This document shows positions 37,601-46,667 of a stretch of DNA of 53,050 nt, in pieces (position 1 is the first letter of the stretch; each line of letters starts with the position of its first letter). Position numbers and translations under genes: made by a program. Under the pieces are notes generated by a model. The model was not told the origin of the DNA and made no database searches. It saw nothing but the letters and a program-made list of their open reading frames with translations. The stretch comes from a virus (Duplodnaviria; Caudoviricetes): IMG/VR virus record IMGVR_UViG_3300005095_000123, positions 1-53,050 of that record. The stretch is one strand, 5' to 3'.

Positions 37601-40600
37601 AAAGTTCCCGTCCATGTCCATAGACTTCGACGAGGCCGTTTTCGTCTTCGATCCCCAGGGAAAAATAGCGGACAAGGAGACGCTCAAGAAAGCCCTACTC
37701 AACGAGCTTCGGGCCGTAAATCCCGGGGTTAAGTTCAACAAGAGCGTCGAGAAGCTCCTAGACAACATACGGGTTATCGGGCCGGAGGAGTATATTCTCT
37801 TTCCCCGGGACGCCGATACCGGGCGAGTGGATCTCGCCACCTACTTGAAGAACACGGTCAAGGCCGCTCAATTCGAGGCGGCCAAGCCCCGGATAGTCCT
37901 CCTCGAAGAGAAGATCCCGCCGGCCATGAAGCCGGAGGACGTAGAGGCCCTCCTCTACCATGAGGCGAAAAAGAGGTTCGCCGACCTGGTTCGCCTGGAG
38001 GTCTTGAAGAAGGACGCCCCCACGGCCCAGATGATCATCCAAATGTTTGGACCGAGGGTCGCCGGTCTTACGGCGATCGTAAGGGACCGGCCCACGGTGG
38101 CGGTTCTTCTCAATGACCATACGAACCCCATAAAGACCCTCTTCCACGAGCTATTTCACGTGGCGGCCCACCACTTCACGCCGGAGGAAGTAAGGGTCTT
38201 CGAGAGGAAGTGGGGTAAGAACTGGGAGGAGACCGCCGCCGAGGAGTTTGCAAAATACCTTTGGCAAAAGGACTATCAGCCGGAGCCCTGGTATAGAAAG
38301 GTCTTCAACGTTCTCAAGGACTACTATGAGCGCCTCACCAATGCCCTACGTGGCATAGGGTTCGAGAGCACGTATGGGGTCTTCGATCGGATAGATCGAG
38401 GAGACTTCATTGCGAGGATAAGGGAGGAGCGGAAGTGGCCCGGTCGCCAGAACATCTCCGAGCACTACCGTGATCTCGCCCTCCGGGACATCGTTTCGCT
38501 CTTGCCGGACGAGGAGGTAAAGGTTGCCCTACGTGAGGCCGACCAAGAGGCGTTCGTCCTACCGTCGCAGGAAGAGTTGAAGGAGACCATGAAGCCCGGG
38601 CGCTTCGTGGACACGGCCAAGTTCTTCCTGGCCGATATGGTCTCTGCGGCCAAGATAGCCTTCGGGAAGAAGTATCCGTTTTGGTATAACTTCATTACGC
38701 CTTCCTTCGTAGCCAAGAAGAACGAGGCCGTGGCCGCCGTTTATCGGCTCCTCGAGAGGTCGGCGGTAAAGGCCAACGAGATCGTCATGGAGGGCTACGA
38801 GCCCGTCTATGCCCGCTACAAGAGCCTTTCCGAGGTGCAGGCCAAGGCGTTCAACAAGATCGCCTATTGGGCGGGCGTGAAGCAGAGGGTTCTTTCCTTG
38901 GAAGAGATGCGGGCCATCGCCCGCCGGGAGGGCTTCAAGCTCTCCGAGCGTGAGCTCCAGGAGATAGAGTCGGTATTCAGGGCCTATAAGAAGTTCGGGG
39001 ACTATCTCTTCGTAGAGCAGTCGAAGGCGATTTTCACGAGGATTCTCGCAAGCCATAAGAGGGACGTGTCCGATATGAACTTCGCCCGCCGGATAGCGGC
39101 GGACTACCGCCTGCTTGATCGTTTCCGACAGGAGTTTAAAGATCTTCCGCCGGAGGAGGCGGCGGACCGGGCCTTCTTCAAGGCCGTCGATTATCTCAAG
39201 GGGATAAACGACGAGCTCGGCGTCATCATCGAAAAGTTCTTCGTCCACGAGGATCGTCTATGGGGCGACACGGACCCCAGGGCCGAGGCCCTCGGCAAGC
39301 TCAAGAAGCTCCGGGAGAAGATAGCCGCCGAGGCCCCGGAGCTCCTCGAATACTACGACAATATCTTCTCTCTTTTCGATCGCTACGAGAACTACTGGGA
39401 GAACCTGCGCAATTTCTTCTACGCTCCTCGGGTAAGGGAGGGCGGAAGGTATGAAGTCCGGGTGATGAAGAAGGTGGACAAGGAGACCTACGCCAAATAC
39501 ATGGGCCTCGATCCGGCCACGCTCCCGGACGACCGGCCCTACTATATCCTTGCCGGCTACTACACGACGAAGAAGCGGTTGTCGGACTCGGCGGAGCAGG
39601 TGGAGAAGCAGAGGATCGTAGAGGCGTTAAAAAGGAAACTCGGCGAGGACGTTCTCGTTACGGAAAACACGGTAGAGCGCAGGGAGGTCTATTCTAGTGG
39701 CAAAGAATGGATCGTTTTGCACGGGCGCATCCCGGAGAAGGAAACCCTTAGCCTTACGAGGGCGATGGAGCTCTCTCCGACGGAGCTCTTTGAGGTCATT
39801 CATCATCTTTTATCGCAAACGCCGGAAAACCCCGAGATAGAAAGGGAAGTATCGAAGTATTTGAAGACGGCGGCGGACCGTCTGGTCGCCCAGTTCTCCT
39901 ATGCGAAGGCCCGGCAGTTAAGCCGAACCATTCTTCCTACGGACATCCCGGCGATCATGGGGTTCTCCGAGGACGTGGTGGGGACCTTCAACCGCCACGT
40001 CATCAATATGGCGAACTTCATAGCGAACTCCTACTTCCTGGCCGACTACATTCCCTTACGGACGCATTCGGCCTTCAAGCAGGTCATAGACCCGGAGACC
40101 GTTCAATTCTTGAACCGCTGGGTCTCTATGGTAACGGCCCCGTTGAACGAGACGGCCCGGTTCGTCTATAAGACGAGGGCTCTCGCCGCCTTCTACTTCT
40201 TGGCCTTCCGGGTGAGTTCGGCGGCCATAAACCTTTCTTCCATCATGACCACGGCCATCCCGGAGCTTTCGGCCTACGTCGAGGCCGTGAAGGGGGAGGC
40301 CGGACTCATTCCGAAGAGACGGCGGGTGCCGCACCACAAGAACGTCGTAAAGGCCGCCGGTGCCTGGAAGAAGGCCGTAGCGGACATCGTTGACTTTTGG
40401 CGGAAGCCGGGGACGCAAAAGCTCTCCCCGGAGGAGAAGGCCATGCTCGACACCCTCCGCAAGGAGGGAATCGTCGCCCCTATGTTTCTGAATACGATAA
40501 GGATGGAGGCCCTGGGGGCCTTCGGCAGGAATCTCCAGTCCTTCATGGACATGGGAATGATTCCCTTCCAGTTCACGGAAGAGAAGATGAGAGAGGCCGG

Positions 40601-41651
40601 GGCGCTTGCCGCCTACCGGATCTTCCGTGAGCGTGGCCTCAATCACGAAGAGGCGATAAACCAAGTCCGTCAGTATATTCGGGACGCCTTCTTCGACTAT
40701 ACCCGAATAAACCGCTACTGGTGGACGAACCCCGGAAATACGCTCGGCGCAATTTTGAACATCCCTACGACCCTCGGCGGGTTCATGTTCAATTATTTGT
40801 CCTGGCTGATAACGGGCCTCCACGAGACCGGTGGTGGGATTTATCTCGATAAAGCATTGCTTTCGTTCGCCGCCTTTGCGGCCCTCGGCGGAGCCTTCTC
40901 CATGCCCTTCGTAGGGGATATGCTCGATGCCGCCGAGAAGCTGTCTAAATTGATGGGGCATCCGGTCATCGTTCGGAAGAAGATCGAGAACGTGATGAGG
41001 GATCAATTGGGAGACGGGATAACGAAGGCCCTCCTCTACGGCCTTCCCCATGCGGCGGGGATCGTTGACTTCGGAGCGGCCCTTCGGGTAGAGCTTCCGG
41101 TCCCGAAGTCCCTTACGCCCGACGACCTTTTCAACTGGTTCTTCGGCGTCCACGCCACGGAGTTCAAGAGGTTGTCGAAGGCGTGGGAGAGATACCGCTA
41201 CGGGGATTACTGGGGAGCGCTGGCCGCCGTGGTCCCCTCGATGGCCCTATCGAACGCCCTGGAAGCCCTCAAGCTTTACGAAGTAGGGATGGAGACCAGG
41301 GGCGGGACGCCCATAAGGGATCTTGAAGGGCGGATATTCAAGCTCACGGCCCCGGAGGCGGCGTTGAAGGCCCTGGGCTTCCGTCCGGCCCGCCTGGCCG
41401 AGATGCAGGATCTCCTCTACACGTCGAAGAAACTATCGGCCATTCTCAAAGAGGAGAGGTCCGAGCTCCTTGCCAGGTGGCTCAGAGCCCGGACCCCGGA
41501 AGAGCGCAACGAGGTCATGAAGGAAATAACGGAGTTCAATCAAAGGATCGCCCGATTCAAGGGCATCGTCAGGCCGATAACCGCCGAGTCCCTACGGCGG
41601 AAACAAAAGATAGACCCGAACCGGATGATACGGACCGTTCCGCTCATATAA
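34692..41651 (+). CDS. Giant internal virion / large polyvalent protein (2319 aa) with a zincin-like HExxH motif
   Basis: Ala/Gly-rich N-terminus; LFHELFH at ~38139-38159; hydrophobic C-terminal region; last gene of the structural operon. Confidence 0.75.
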   Translation: MAEEKWGELIREAQKKGIDINQYILEGVPYETLKSYVEKIPTKRGVLGEFTAGMGRAALAVGEGVAGLGEMLRIPGAEKAAEFFEEKKKALAPAPDIGLAAKVAGYVGEAIPMLAGAFLAPEVAIPAFGLEAAGEIYHEQPGEKKSALRALGAGAVVGAAGAIPYGKIAGKAGIRAVSRAATKKPFEALAKAAATAERKVPLKVQKNIAYRLARQAGEKVVSEGVAGAAAREAASLPLTFYGMNLAYEYGLTGQASPRDLAAFFINTPEGRRELLAQAILGAFFGAGGEGVERRLGKKPLEKEIPTEKPRKKIPYDRKLVEEKIREKIYKMSDEEIERYLTEIASKRREKIVSDLEKSLREFIKFDNLPPVERDAVKKILKEYATALEKTVSGIEAERELPTLARRREEVARAAERIEPERIVEEAVKEVEAQEPPKPLDKEFLRAMKKLEEGKVEGEGILIPTEFGLLPPGEAEKRRVLLEAQQALAKPPFERTAEDLLAIRKANELGLEPQVLTPKQEPPRENVSLIIPEEADKPYRKIRDVLPEEERRRIIETFDKIADRRRREVVVDTGRKRIRLVKKARPEEVQAVKATAPEPVVVESILSKFANPIEEGKRKFRVELPEGEREVAKMAAEWAMNSFYNIGKRTLFPEWAKKRGWTLKDIERSVNKFKEDQPLTKKEWSIVKTLLENAPWDKIRAYEGRPVVGERIVGAPEEIAPREITLDHVAREIAGETPDAVRRRTAEMIYEVASQSPFSPTAAVQKLLQILPPRIAKTLHAYARNPEKSRIGEIIKRITSEDPTDEAVRAELINELEGELRRWSDKIFTATDYENLHQLARENPIRVLEGLERLRERYTGIKTDPEVYRGIMEDIQRAVDEANEAVRRMLEENPAFDFGIADIVERKPVEWTTVGPFVAVKVPLLKIKHGVPLEERTDYNFLRRYLENLDMENPVDAATAEDVRLAMMDLEKFPSMSIDFDEAVFVFDPQGKIADKETLKKALLNELRAVNPGVKFNKSVEKLLDNIRVIGPEEYILFPRDADTGRVDLATYLKNTVKAAQFEAAKPRIVLLEEKIPPAMKPEDVEALLYHEAKKRFADLVRLEVLKKDAPTAQMIIQMFGPRVAGLTAIVRDRPTVAVLLNDHTNPIKTLFHELFHVAAHHFTPEEVRVFERKWGKNWEETAAEEFAKYLWQKDYQPEPWYRKVFNVLKDYYERLTNALRGIGFESTYGVFDRIDRGDFIARIREERKWPGRQNISEHYRDLALRDIVSLLPDEEVKVALREADQEAFVLPSQEELKETMKPGRFVDTAKFFLADMVSAAKIAFGKKYPFWYNFITPSFVAKKNEAVAAVYRLLERSAVKANEIVMEGYEPVYARYKSLSEVQAKAFNKIAYWAGVKQRVLSLEEMRAIARREGFKLSERELQEIESVFRAYKKFGDYLFVEQSKAIFTRILASHKRDVSDMNFARRIAADYRLLDRFRQEFKDLPPEEAADRAFFKAVDYLKGINDELGVIIEKFFVHEDRLWGDTDPRAEALGKLKKLREKIAAEAPELLEYYDNIFSLFDRYENYWENLRNFFYAPRVREGGRYEVRVMKKVDKETYAKYMGLDPATLPDDRPYYILAGYYTTKKRLSDSAEQVEKQRIVEALKRKLGEDVLVTENTVERREVYSSGKEWIVLHGRIPEKETLSLTRAMELSPTELFEVIHHLLSQTPENPEIEREVSKYLKTAADRLVAQFSYAKARQLSRTILPTDIPAIMGFSEDVVGTFNRHVINMANFIANSYFLADYIPLRTHSAFKQVIDPETVQFLNRWVSMVTAPLNETARFVYKTRALAAFYFLAFRVSSAAINLSSIMTTAIPELSAYVEAVKGEAGLIPKRRRVPHHKNVVKAAGAWKKAVADIVDFWRKPGTQKLSPEEKAMLDTLRKEGIVAPMFLNTIRMEALGAFGRNLQSFMDMGMIPFQFTEEKMREAGALAAYRIFRERGLNHEEAINQVRQYIRDAFFDYTRINRYWWTNPGNTLGAILNIPTTLGGFMFNYLSWLITGLHETGGGIYLDKALLSFAAFAALGGAFSMPFVGDMLDAAEKLSKLMGHPVIVRKKIENVMRDQLGDGITKALLYGLPHAAGIVDFGAALRVELPVPKSLTPDDLFNWFFGVHATEFKRLSKAWERYRYGDYWGALAAVVPSMALSNALEALKLYEVGMETRGGTPIRDLEGRIFKLTAPEAALKALGFRPARLAEMQDLLYTSKKLSAILKEERSELLARWLRARTPEERNEVMKEITEFNQRIARFKGIVRPITAESLRRKQKIDPNRMIRTVPLI

Positions 41652-41829
41652 TCCGATCCTTCTTGAGCTTCCTGTTCAACTCTTGCAGGCGCTTTACGAG
41701 CGCTTTGAACTTGCTTTTCGGAAGCTCGTAGTAGGTGTGTCTCTTCTTGCAGTTCTCACAGAAATAGCGCCTGCGGGTGTAGCGCAGGCCCTTCCTGCCG
41801 TAGTAGGGAAAGCGAAGCTCGAACTTCAT
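41644..41829 (-). CDS. Small basic protein with CxxC
   Basis: 61 aa, YFCENCKKRH. Confidence 0.45.
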   Translation of the reverse strand: MKFELRFPYYGRKGLRYTRRRYFCENCKKRHTYYELPKSKFKALVKRLQELNRKLKKDRII

Positions 41830-41897
41830 AAGGGTTCCGCAATCCGGACACGCCGGATGTGGTGCGTGATACTTCTTTCAGAGCCAGTTCAAGAACT

Positions 41898-44348
41898 CTA
41901 TAAAGCGCCTATTTTTTTCCGTAATTTCGCCCATGAGTATTCCTCCAATTCTCCGTCGTATTCTTTCAGGTCGGCCCAGGAGCGTCCGCAGGACCCGTCG
42001 GACTCTACCTTGTAGCCGACCTTTATTCCAAAATGCTTGCGGACGTAGGCCGGAGCCCCCTGCTCGAGGGCAAATTTTAACAGGCCCATCGCCCGCGGGA
42101 ACTCCTCCTCCGGCCCGTAGAAGCGGATGTCGTCGTGAATGAACACCCGCATCCTCGACCGAAGGCCGAGCTTTTTCGCCCACCGGTTGAATAAATAGCC
42201 TCCTATGAGGCCCAGGTCCGAGGAAAAATTCTGGATTATGAAATTGATGGCCTGCCGCCAGGCTCTTTCCTTTTCAGCCTTGGTCATCCGATCGAAGTTC
42301 GGGAAACGTCTCTTCCTACCCAAGACCCCCCGGACGTATTTGTAGCGGGAGAGTATCTCCCACACCTTGTTGTGAAATTTAACGATCTCCGGGTAGGCGG
42401 CGAAGAATTTTTCGACCTTTTCCGTCGCCTCCTCGAGGCTCATGTCTATGCCGTAGTCCACGAGGGCCGTCCGCTGGACCGTCCGAGGCGTGCCCCGGTA
42501 GATGAGTCCGAAATTGATGGGCTTGGCCGCCTGACGCATTTCCTTCGTTACTTCCTCCTCCGGCACGCCCGATATAAATGAGGCCGTAAGGCGGTGCGGG
42601 TCCTTACCGGTGGCGAAGCATTCTAGGAGCAGGGTGACGCCGGCCAGCCAGGCCATTATTCGCAGTTCGGACTGTGAAAGGTCTCTGCTCCCTATCAGCC
42701 ATCCCTCTGGGGCAACAAATACTTCGTTTATCTTTTCGAGGTAGGGGAGGCCCCGCTTAGGTATATTCTGCATATTCGGGTTGAACGAGGCCGTCCTACC
42801 GGTAACCGTCCGCCACAGGACGAAGTTCGGATAGATCTTCCGGCCACGGAGCCTCTTCTCTACGCCTTTCAAATAGGTTCCTAGGAGCTTCTCCAGCTTC
42901 TTAATATGGATGTATTTCTTGACGATCTCATTGTCGCCGTAGTGTATTTCGAGGTCGTCGGCGCTGAGTGCCGGAAGACCGCTACCCGTGTAGGCAAAGG
43001 GCTTTAGCCGGAGCCCCTTCGGATGCGTAAAGAACCACTCCCGGAAGAGCCGGTCGGTCGTTATCTTCAACCGTCCTTCGTATTTCTTCGCCAGCTCTTT
43101 CGGCAGGTGTTTGAAGAGCTCGGCGGTCTCCTCGATGATCTTTTTCTCTATGAAGCGGATGTTTTCTTTCAGCTTCTCCACGTCCACGTCTATACCGGCC
43201 ATAGACATTTCGGCGAGCAGGTCCGTTATCGGCAGGACGAACCGGACCCAATAGCGGTAGAGGAGGGGATCTTTTACTAGCTTCTTGTGCATCTTTATGA
43301 AGGAGTCGTAGGTGGCCCGGGCGTCTATGCCCGCATAGGCCACCAACTGATGCCGAGGCATTTGCGACGGGGTGTGCCGCAGGCCGCCGGCCACGTCCTT
43401 GATGTTGTTCCATTTTGTATAAGCCGAGGCGATGTTTTCCAAAGAGATGTCCATATTCTCGTCGAGGAGATGGGCCATAGGGAACAGGTCTATCCAGCGT
43501 GGGCCTTTGTAAGGGATCTTGAGGGCCTTACAGGTCTCCTCTTCGACGGGGCGGTTGGCCACGACGAGAAGCCGACCCGGCTTCACCACGTTTCGGAGGG
43601 ACTTTTCCATGTTTTCTCCGTCGGCTACGACAACCGTTTTCCTCTCTGTGGCGAAGGAAAGGGCATAGACCCTGCGCCTACCGTTTTCTTCCTCGAACTC
43701 CGAGTCGAAGGCGACCACCTTGGCCGCCGTCCAGTAGGGACGTTTCAGGTCTATCACGTCGCACTTCGTCTCCGCCTCGGAGATCTCCTCGCCGAGAAGG
43801 GGCCGAAGAACGGCCTTCAAGTCGTTTTTCCAGATGGCCATAAGGGAGGCCGGCTTTCCCATGCGGATCAAGTAGGAGGGATGGAAGGCCGCCCCGGCCA
43901 GGTATCCGCCGAGGTCGAACAAGCGTCCCCGGGCGTCCTTATAGGCCGCTCTCGGTATGACCGCCCTGGAGGCTATCTCCCCTAAACAGAGGACAACCTT
44001 CGGCCCGACGATCTCGATGCATTGCCGGATGTTGTCCTTACAGGTCTTTACGGCCTTCCTTATGTCCGCTTTTTCCTCTATGACGCAGAGACAGGCGTTC
44101 GTAATCGAATACTTCTCTCGGCCCAAGCCGGCTATCTCCTCCAGGGTGCTCATGAGGAGCTGACCGGATTCCCCTACGAAGGGCCGGCCCGCCCTTTCCT
44201 CGGCCTTCCAAGGGGCCTCTCCCACGATCAACAGGTCCGTGCCGGGCCGGAGCTCCGGCGGGACCTTTGGAAACCTGTTATAAGCGGCGCATTCCTTACA
44301 GCGCAGTTTGATCTTAGGCTTGCTCGTCGACATTTGCATCCTCCCCAA
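41898..44348 (-). CDS. polA: Family A DNA polymerase with N-terminal uracil-DNA-glycosylase-like domain and 3'-5' exonuclease
   Basis: UDG family 4 motifs VGEAP...PFVGESG and HPSY; exonuclease FDSE; polymerase motifs DLSQSELR, RQAAKPINFGLIY, IHDD. Confidence 0.93.
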   Translation of the reverse strand: MGRMQMSTSKPKIKLRCKECAAYNRFPKVPPELRPGTDLLIVGEAPWKAEERAGRPFVGESGQLLMSTLEEIAGLGREKYSITNACLCVIEEKADIRKAVKTCKDNIRQCIEIVGPKVVLCLGEIASRAVIPRAAYKDARGRLFDLGGYLAGAAFHPSYLIRMGKPASLMAIWKNDLKAVLRPLLGEEISEAETKCDVIDLKRPYWTAAKVVAFDSEFEEENGRRRVYALSFATERKTVVVADGENMEKSLRNVVKPGRLLVVANRPVEEETCKALKIPYKGPRWIDLFPMAHLLDENMDISLENIASAYTKWNNIKDVAGGLRHTPSQMPRHQLVAYAGIDARATYDSFIKMHKKLVKDPLLYRYWVRFVLPITDLLAEMSMAGIDVDVEKLKENIRFIEKKIIEETAELFKHLPKELAKKYEGRLKITTDRLFREWFFTHPKGLRLKPFAYTGSGLPALSADDLEIHYGDNEIVKKYIHIKKLEKLLGTYLKGVEKRLRGRKIYPNFVLWRTVTGRTASFNPNMQNIPKRGLPYLEKINEVFVAPEGWLIGSRDLSQSELRIMAWLAGVTLLLECFATGKDPHRLTASFISGVPEEEVTKEMRQAAKPINFGLIYRGTPRTVQRTALVDYGIDMSLEEATEKVEKFFAAYPEIVKFHNKVWEILSRYKYVRGVLGRKRRFPNFDRMTKAEKERAWRQAINFIIQNFSSDLGLIGGYLFNRWAKKLGLRSRMRVFIHDDIRFYGPEEEFPRAMGLLKFALEQGAPAYVRKHFGIKVGYKVESDGSCGRSWADLKEYDGELEEYSWAKLRKKIGAL

Positions 44349-45027
44349 AACAGAGCTTCACGTAGGGGCACTTCTTGGCCCGGCCCCATTGCGTCTTACA
44401 CGTCCGGGGCGGGAACCATCCGTCCTTCACCACGGAAACCACCTGCCGCAGGCGCAGGCGGTATTCCTTTTGTATCTTCGGGTCCTTGGGGACCCAAAAC
44501 GGCTTGAGGATCTCCGTTGTCTGCTGTTTGGGGATATAGACGACGAAGCCCCCGGACGTGTCGAAGTCCCGCTTCAATAGGTCTCCGAGGAGCAGATAGT
44601 ATTGCAACTGCCACTTGTGGGGGACCAGGGGCTCTTCGAGCCCGACGAAATCCTCTTTCTTGATGCTCTTGCACTCGACGACGTAGCGCCCTCCAACGGA
44701 GACGAGGAAATCCGGGTTCCCGCAGATGTAGAGGTCCTTCACCCGAAGGAACATCGGCTTCGTGGATTTCCCTTCGAGAAGTTCCTTTACGAGATCTTCG
44801 AGCACTCCGCCTATGCGGAACGTGAGGAGGGTCGTCGGAGGGAAGGACTGCTCCGGGGCGTAGGGTAGTCCCCGCTCGTAGGCGATCGCCAGACGCCGGG
44901 GACAGAAATCATAAAGGTCGTGGGCGTGCAATTCCAAACGTTTGGAATTCCTCGTCGAGGTTCTATTCCTCTGAGCGTAGAGGTTCTTCGTCGCCCTCTG
45001 TATCAGCTCTTTCTCGAGATCCTTCAT
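44314..45027 (-). CDS. Cas4-like PD-(D/E)xK exonuclease
   Basis: N-terminal CPRR; PDF...VECKS; QLQYY; C-terminal C...CPY..C Fe-S ligands. Confidence 0.8.
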   Translation of the reverse strand: MKDLEKELIQRATKNLYAQRNRTSTRNSKRLELHAHDLYDFCPRRLAIAYERGLPYAPEQSFPPTTLLTFRIGGVLEDLVKELLEGKSTKPMFLRVKDLYICGNPDFLVSVGGRYVVECKSIKKEDFVGLEEPLVPHKWQLQYYLLLGDLLKRDFDTSGGFVVYIPKQQTTEILKPFWVPKDPKIQKEYRLRLRQVVSVVKDGWFPPRTCKTQWGRAKKCPYVKLCFGEDANVDEQA

Positions 45028-45343
45028 TTCTCCTCCTCTTATAGATGGAGTAGAACAACCTGTCCTTCGTCAGCACAGCGGCCAGGAAATCTAAGGTCTT
45101 GAGCAGAATCGAGACCTGTTCCAGCGTTACTTCTTCCTCCTCGACCCGCCTTTCTACGTAGTCGAGGAGACGGCGTATGAGGTCGAGGAGCGTCTTGACG
45201 TGTCTCTTCTCCGGCTTGATCCGCCGGTGGGTCCGCTCCACGACCCGGAGGCCCATGAGGTCTATGAGCATGGCCTCCGTTAGATCCACTATCGAGAAAG
45301 CTAATTTCTCGTCTTCGGTGAGTTCTTGCTGTTTTTTCGCCAT
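44963..45343 (-). CDS. Hypothetical protein
   Basis: 126-aa helical ORF with GAGG RBS. Confidence 0.6.
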   Translation of the reverse strand: MAKKQQELTEDEKLAFSIVDLTEAMLIDLMGLRVVERTHRRIKPEKRHVKTLLDLIRRLLDYVERRVEEEEVTLEQVSILLKTLDFLAAVLTKDRLFYSIYKRRRNEGSRERADTEGDEEPLRSEE

Positions 45344-45747
45344 AGCGCCTCTATTTGCTTGTCCACAAGGAAGAAAGGAAATTCCTTGGCCGCCGAAAAG
45401 AACTTTCCGGCCCTATCCCAAATCCCCTTCACTTCCACGAAAACCCCATAAGAGGGAAGAAAGAAGTCGGGAACATAGACGTGTTTTTTGAGGCGGATCA
45501 CGTAGGGCTCATGCTCGACGGGCGTGTGCGGGGCGAGGAGCCCGTAAACGCTTTGCTCGAGCTTGGAGCAAAAGGCCCTCGTGATGGGATACCGCTCGAG
45601 GTTGTAGTAGCGGGGGCCGTAGCCCTGGGCCTCCAGGTAGGCGACGAAGCACTTGGCCGAGCAGGTGGGCGGGTAATATTGAGCTCCCCGCAAATTTTTG
45701 TGGATAAATTCCCTCCCGCAAATAGGACACCTCTTTACGACTGCCAT
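45301..45747 (-). CDS. T7 endonuclease I-like resolvase with N-terminal Zn finger
   Basis: CPIC...CSAKC; SKLE...YVPDF...VEVKG. Confidence 0.8.
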   Translation of the reverse strand: MAVVKRCPICGREFIHKNLRGAQYYPPTCSAKCFVAYLEAQGYGPRYYNLERYPITRAFCSKLEQSVYGLLAPHTPVEHEPYVIRLKKHVYVPDFFLPSYGVFVEVKGIWDRAGKFFSAAKEFPFFLVDKQIEALWRKNSKNSPKTRN

Positions 45748-46667
45748 AGTTTCCTTATGACTTCTTCGTAGTTTTCTCTTATTTCGATGTAGAGTTCTTT
45801 TAGTGTCTTGTAGTGGCAGTCCTCCCATACCCATCCTCCTTTTTCTTTCTTCAACAGACCAGCCCCCTCCATTTCTTTTGCTATTACCTGGGGACAATCC
45901 GTGTCCCCCTTCTTGAACGGCGGCTTGTCCACAAGGAAGTAACGGAAAATTCCTATTTCCTTCGGAATGCCGCCGGTCTTGTTTTTCTCTATCCGAAACT
46001 GCACTTCTAACTTGACCGGGCGTTTTTTTGAGTCCTTTACGAGGGACGTGGAGTAGAACTTCACTTCCAAGGAAGTAATGAAGTTCTGAAACTCTCCACC
46101 GGGCTTCGTGTCTCCCCCGCCCCAGGTCTGCTTGGCGACCTTCTTTCGGACCTGGTTTATGAGAAGGACCGTAAGGGGCTTCCCGGAGGCCCTGGCCCGA
46201 GAAACCTTCGGCAGGAGCCGGCGGAGTAGCCGGTTCACCGGACGGGCTATGTAGCCCACTCGGTCGGTCGTGGAGTCGGTATCCTCCTCCTGCATGGAGA
46301 TCATCTGGGCCAGGGAGTCCACGACGATGATGGAATACTTGTCGTCCGGCTGGGCCTGGAGCTCCTCTATGGCCTCTTCTACATAGACCGGTTGGATCAC
46401 GTCAACCCGGTCCGGGGCCTCTATGATGGACGAAGCCCACTCCGAGTCCAGGGCGTGCTCGGAGTCTATAATGAGCGCCGGGCGGTCGTCGTGGCGAAGG
46501 AAGGCGTTTACCACTTTCAGGGCCGTGGTCGTCTTGGCGGACGACCGGGCGCCCCAGAATAGGGAAAACCGCCCGACCGGAATTCCTCCCTTCGTTAACT
46601 TATCGAGAGTGTAGATCCCCGTAGGGATCTTCTTTATGGGCTCTAGCTCATTAAGTTTTACAGCCAT
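45735..46667 (-). CDS. RecA/UvsX-like recombinase
   Basis: IPTGIYTLD...GGIPVGR, Walker A GARSSAKTT, IVVDSLA, LINQVR, PGG, EKNK. Confidence 0.92.
   Translation of the reverse strand: MAVKLNELEPIKKIPTGIYTLDKLTKGGIPVGRFSLFWGARSSAKTTTALKVVNAFLRHDDRPALIIDSEHALDSEWASSIIEAPDRVDVIQPVYVEEAIEELQAQPDDKYSIIVVDSLAQMISMQEEDTDSTTDRVGYIARPVNRLLRRLLPKVSRARASGKPLTVLLINQVRKKVAKQTWGGGDTKPGGEFQNFITSLEVKFYSTSLVKDSKKRPVKLEVQFRIEKNKTGGIPKEIGIFRYFLVDKPPFKKGDTDCPQVIAKEMEGAGLLKKEKGGWVWEDCHYKTLKELYIEIRENYEEVIRKLWQS

Noticed and set aside
40056-41153. Long antisense ORFs (for example 40056-41153, 19113-20141, 48140-49039, 12904-13716)
   Set aside because: Shadows of high-GC coding genes on the opposite strand with no recognisable motifs
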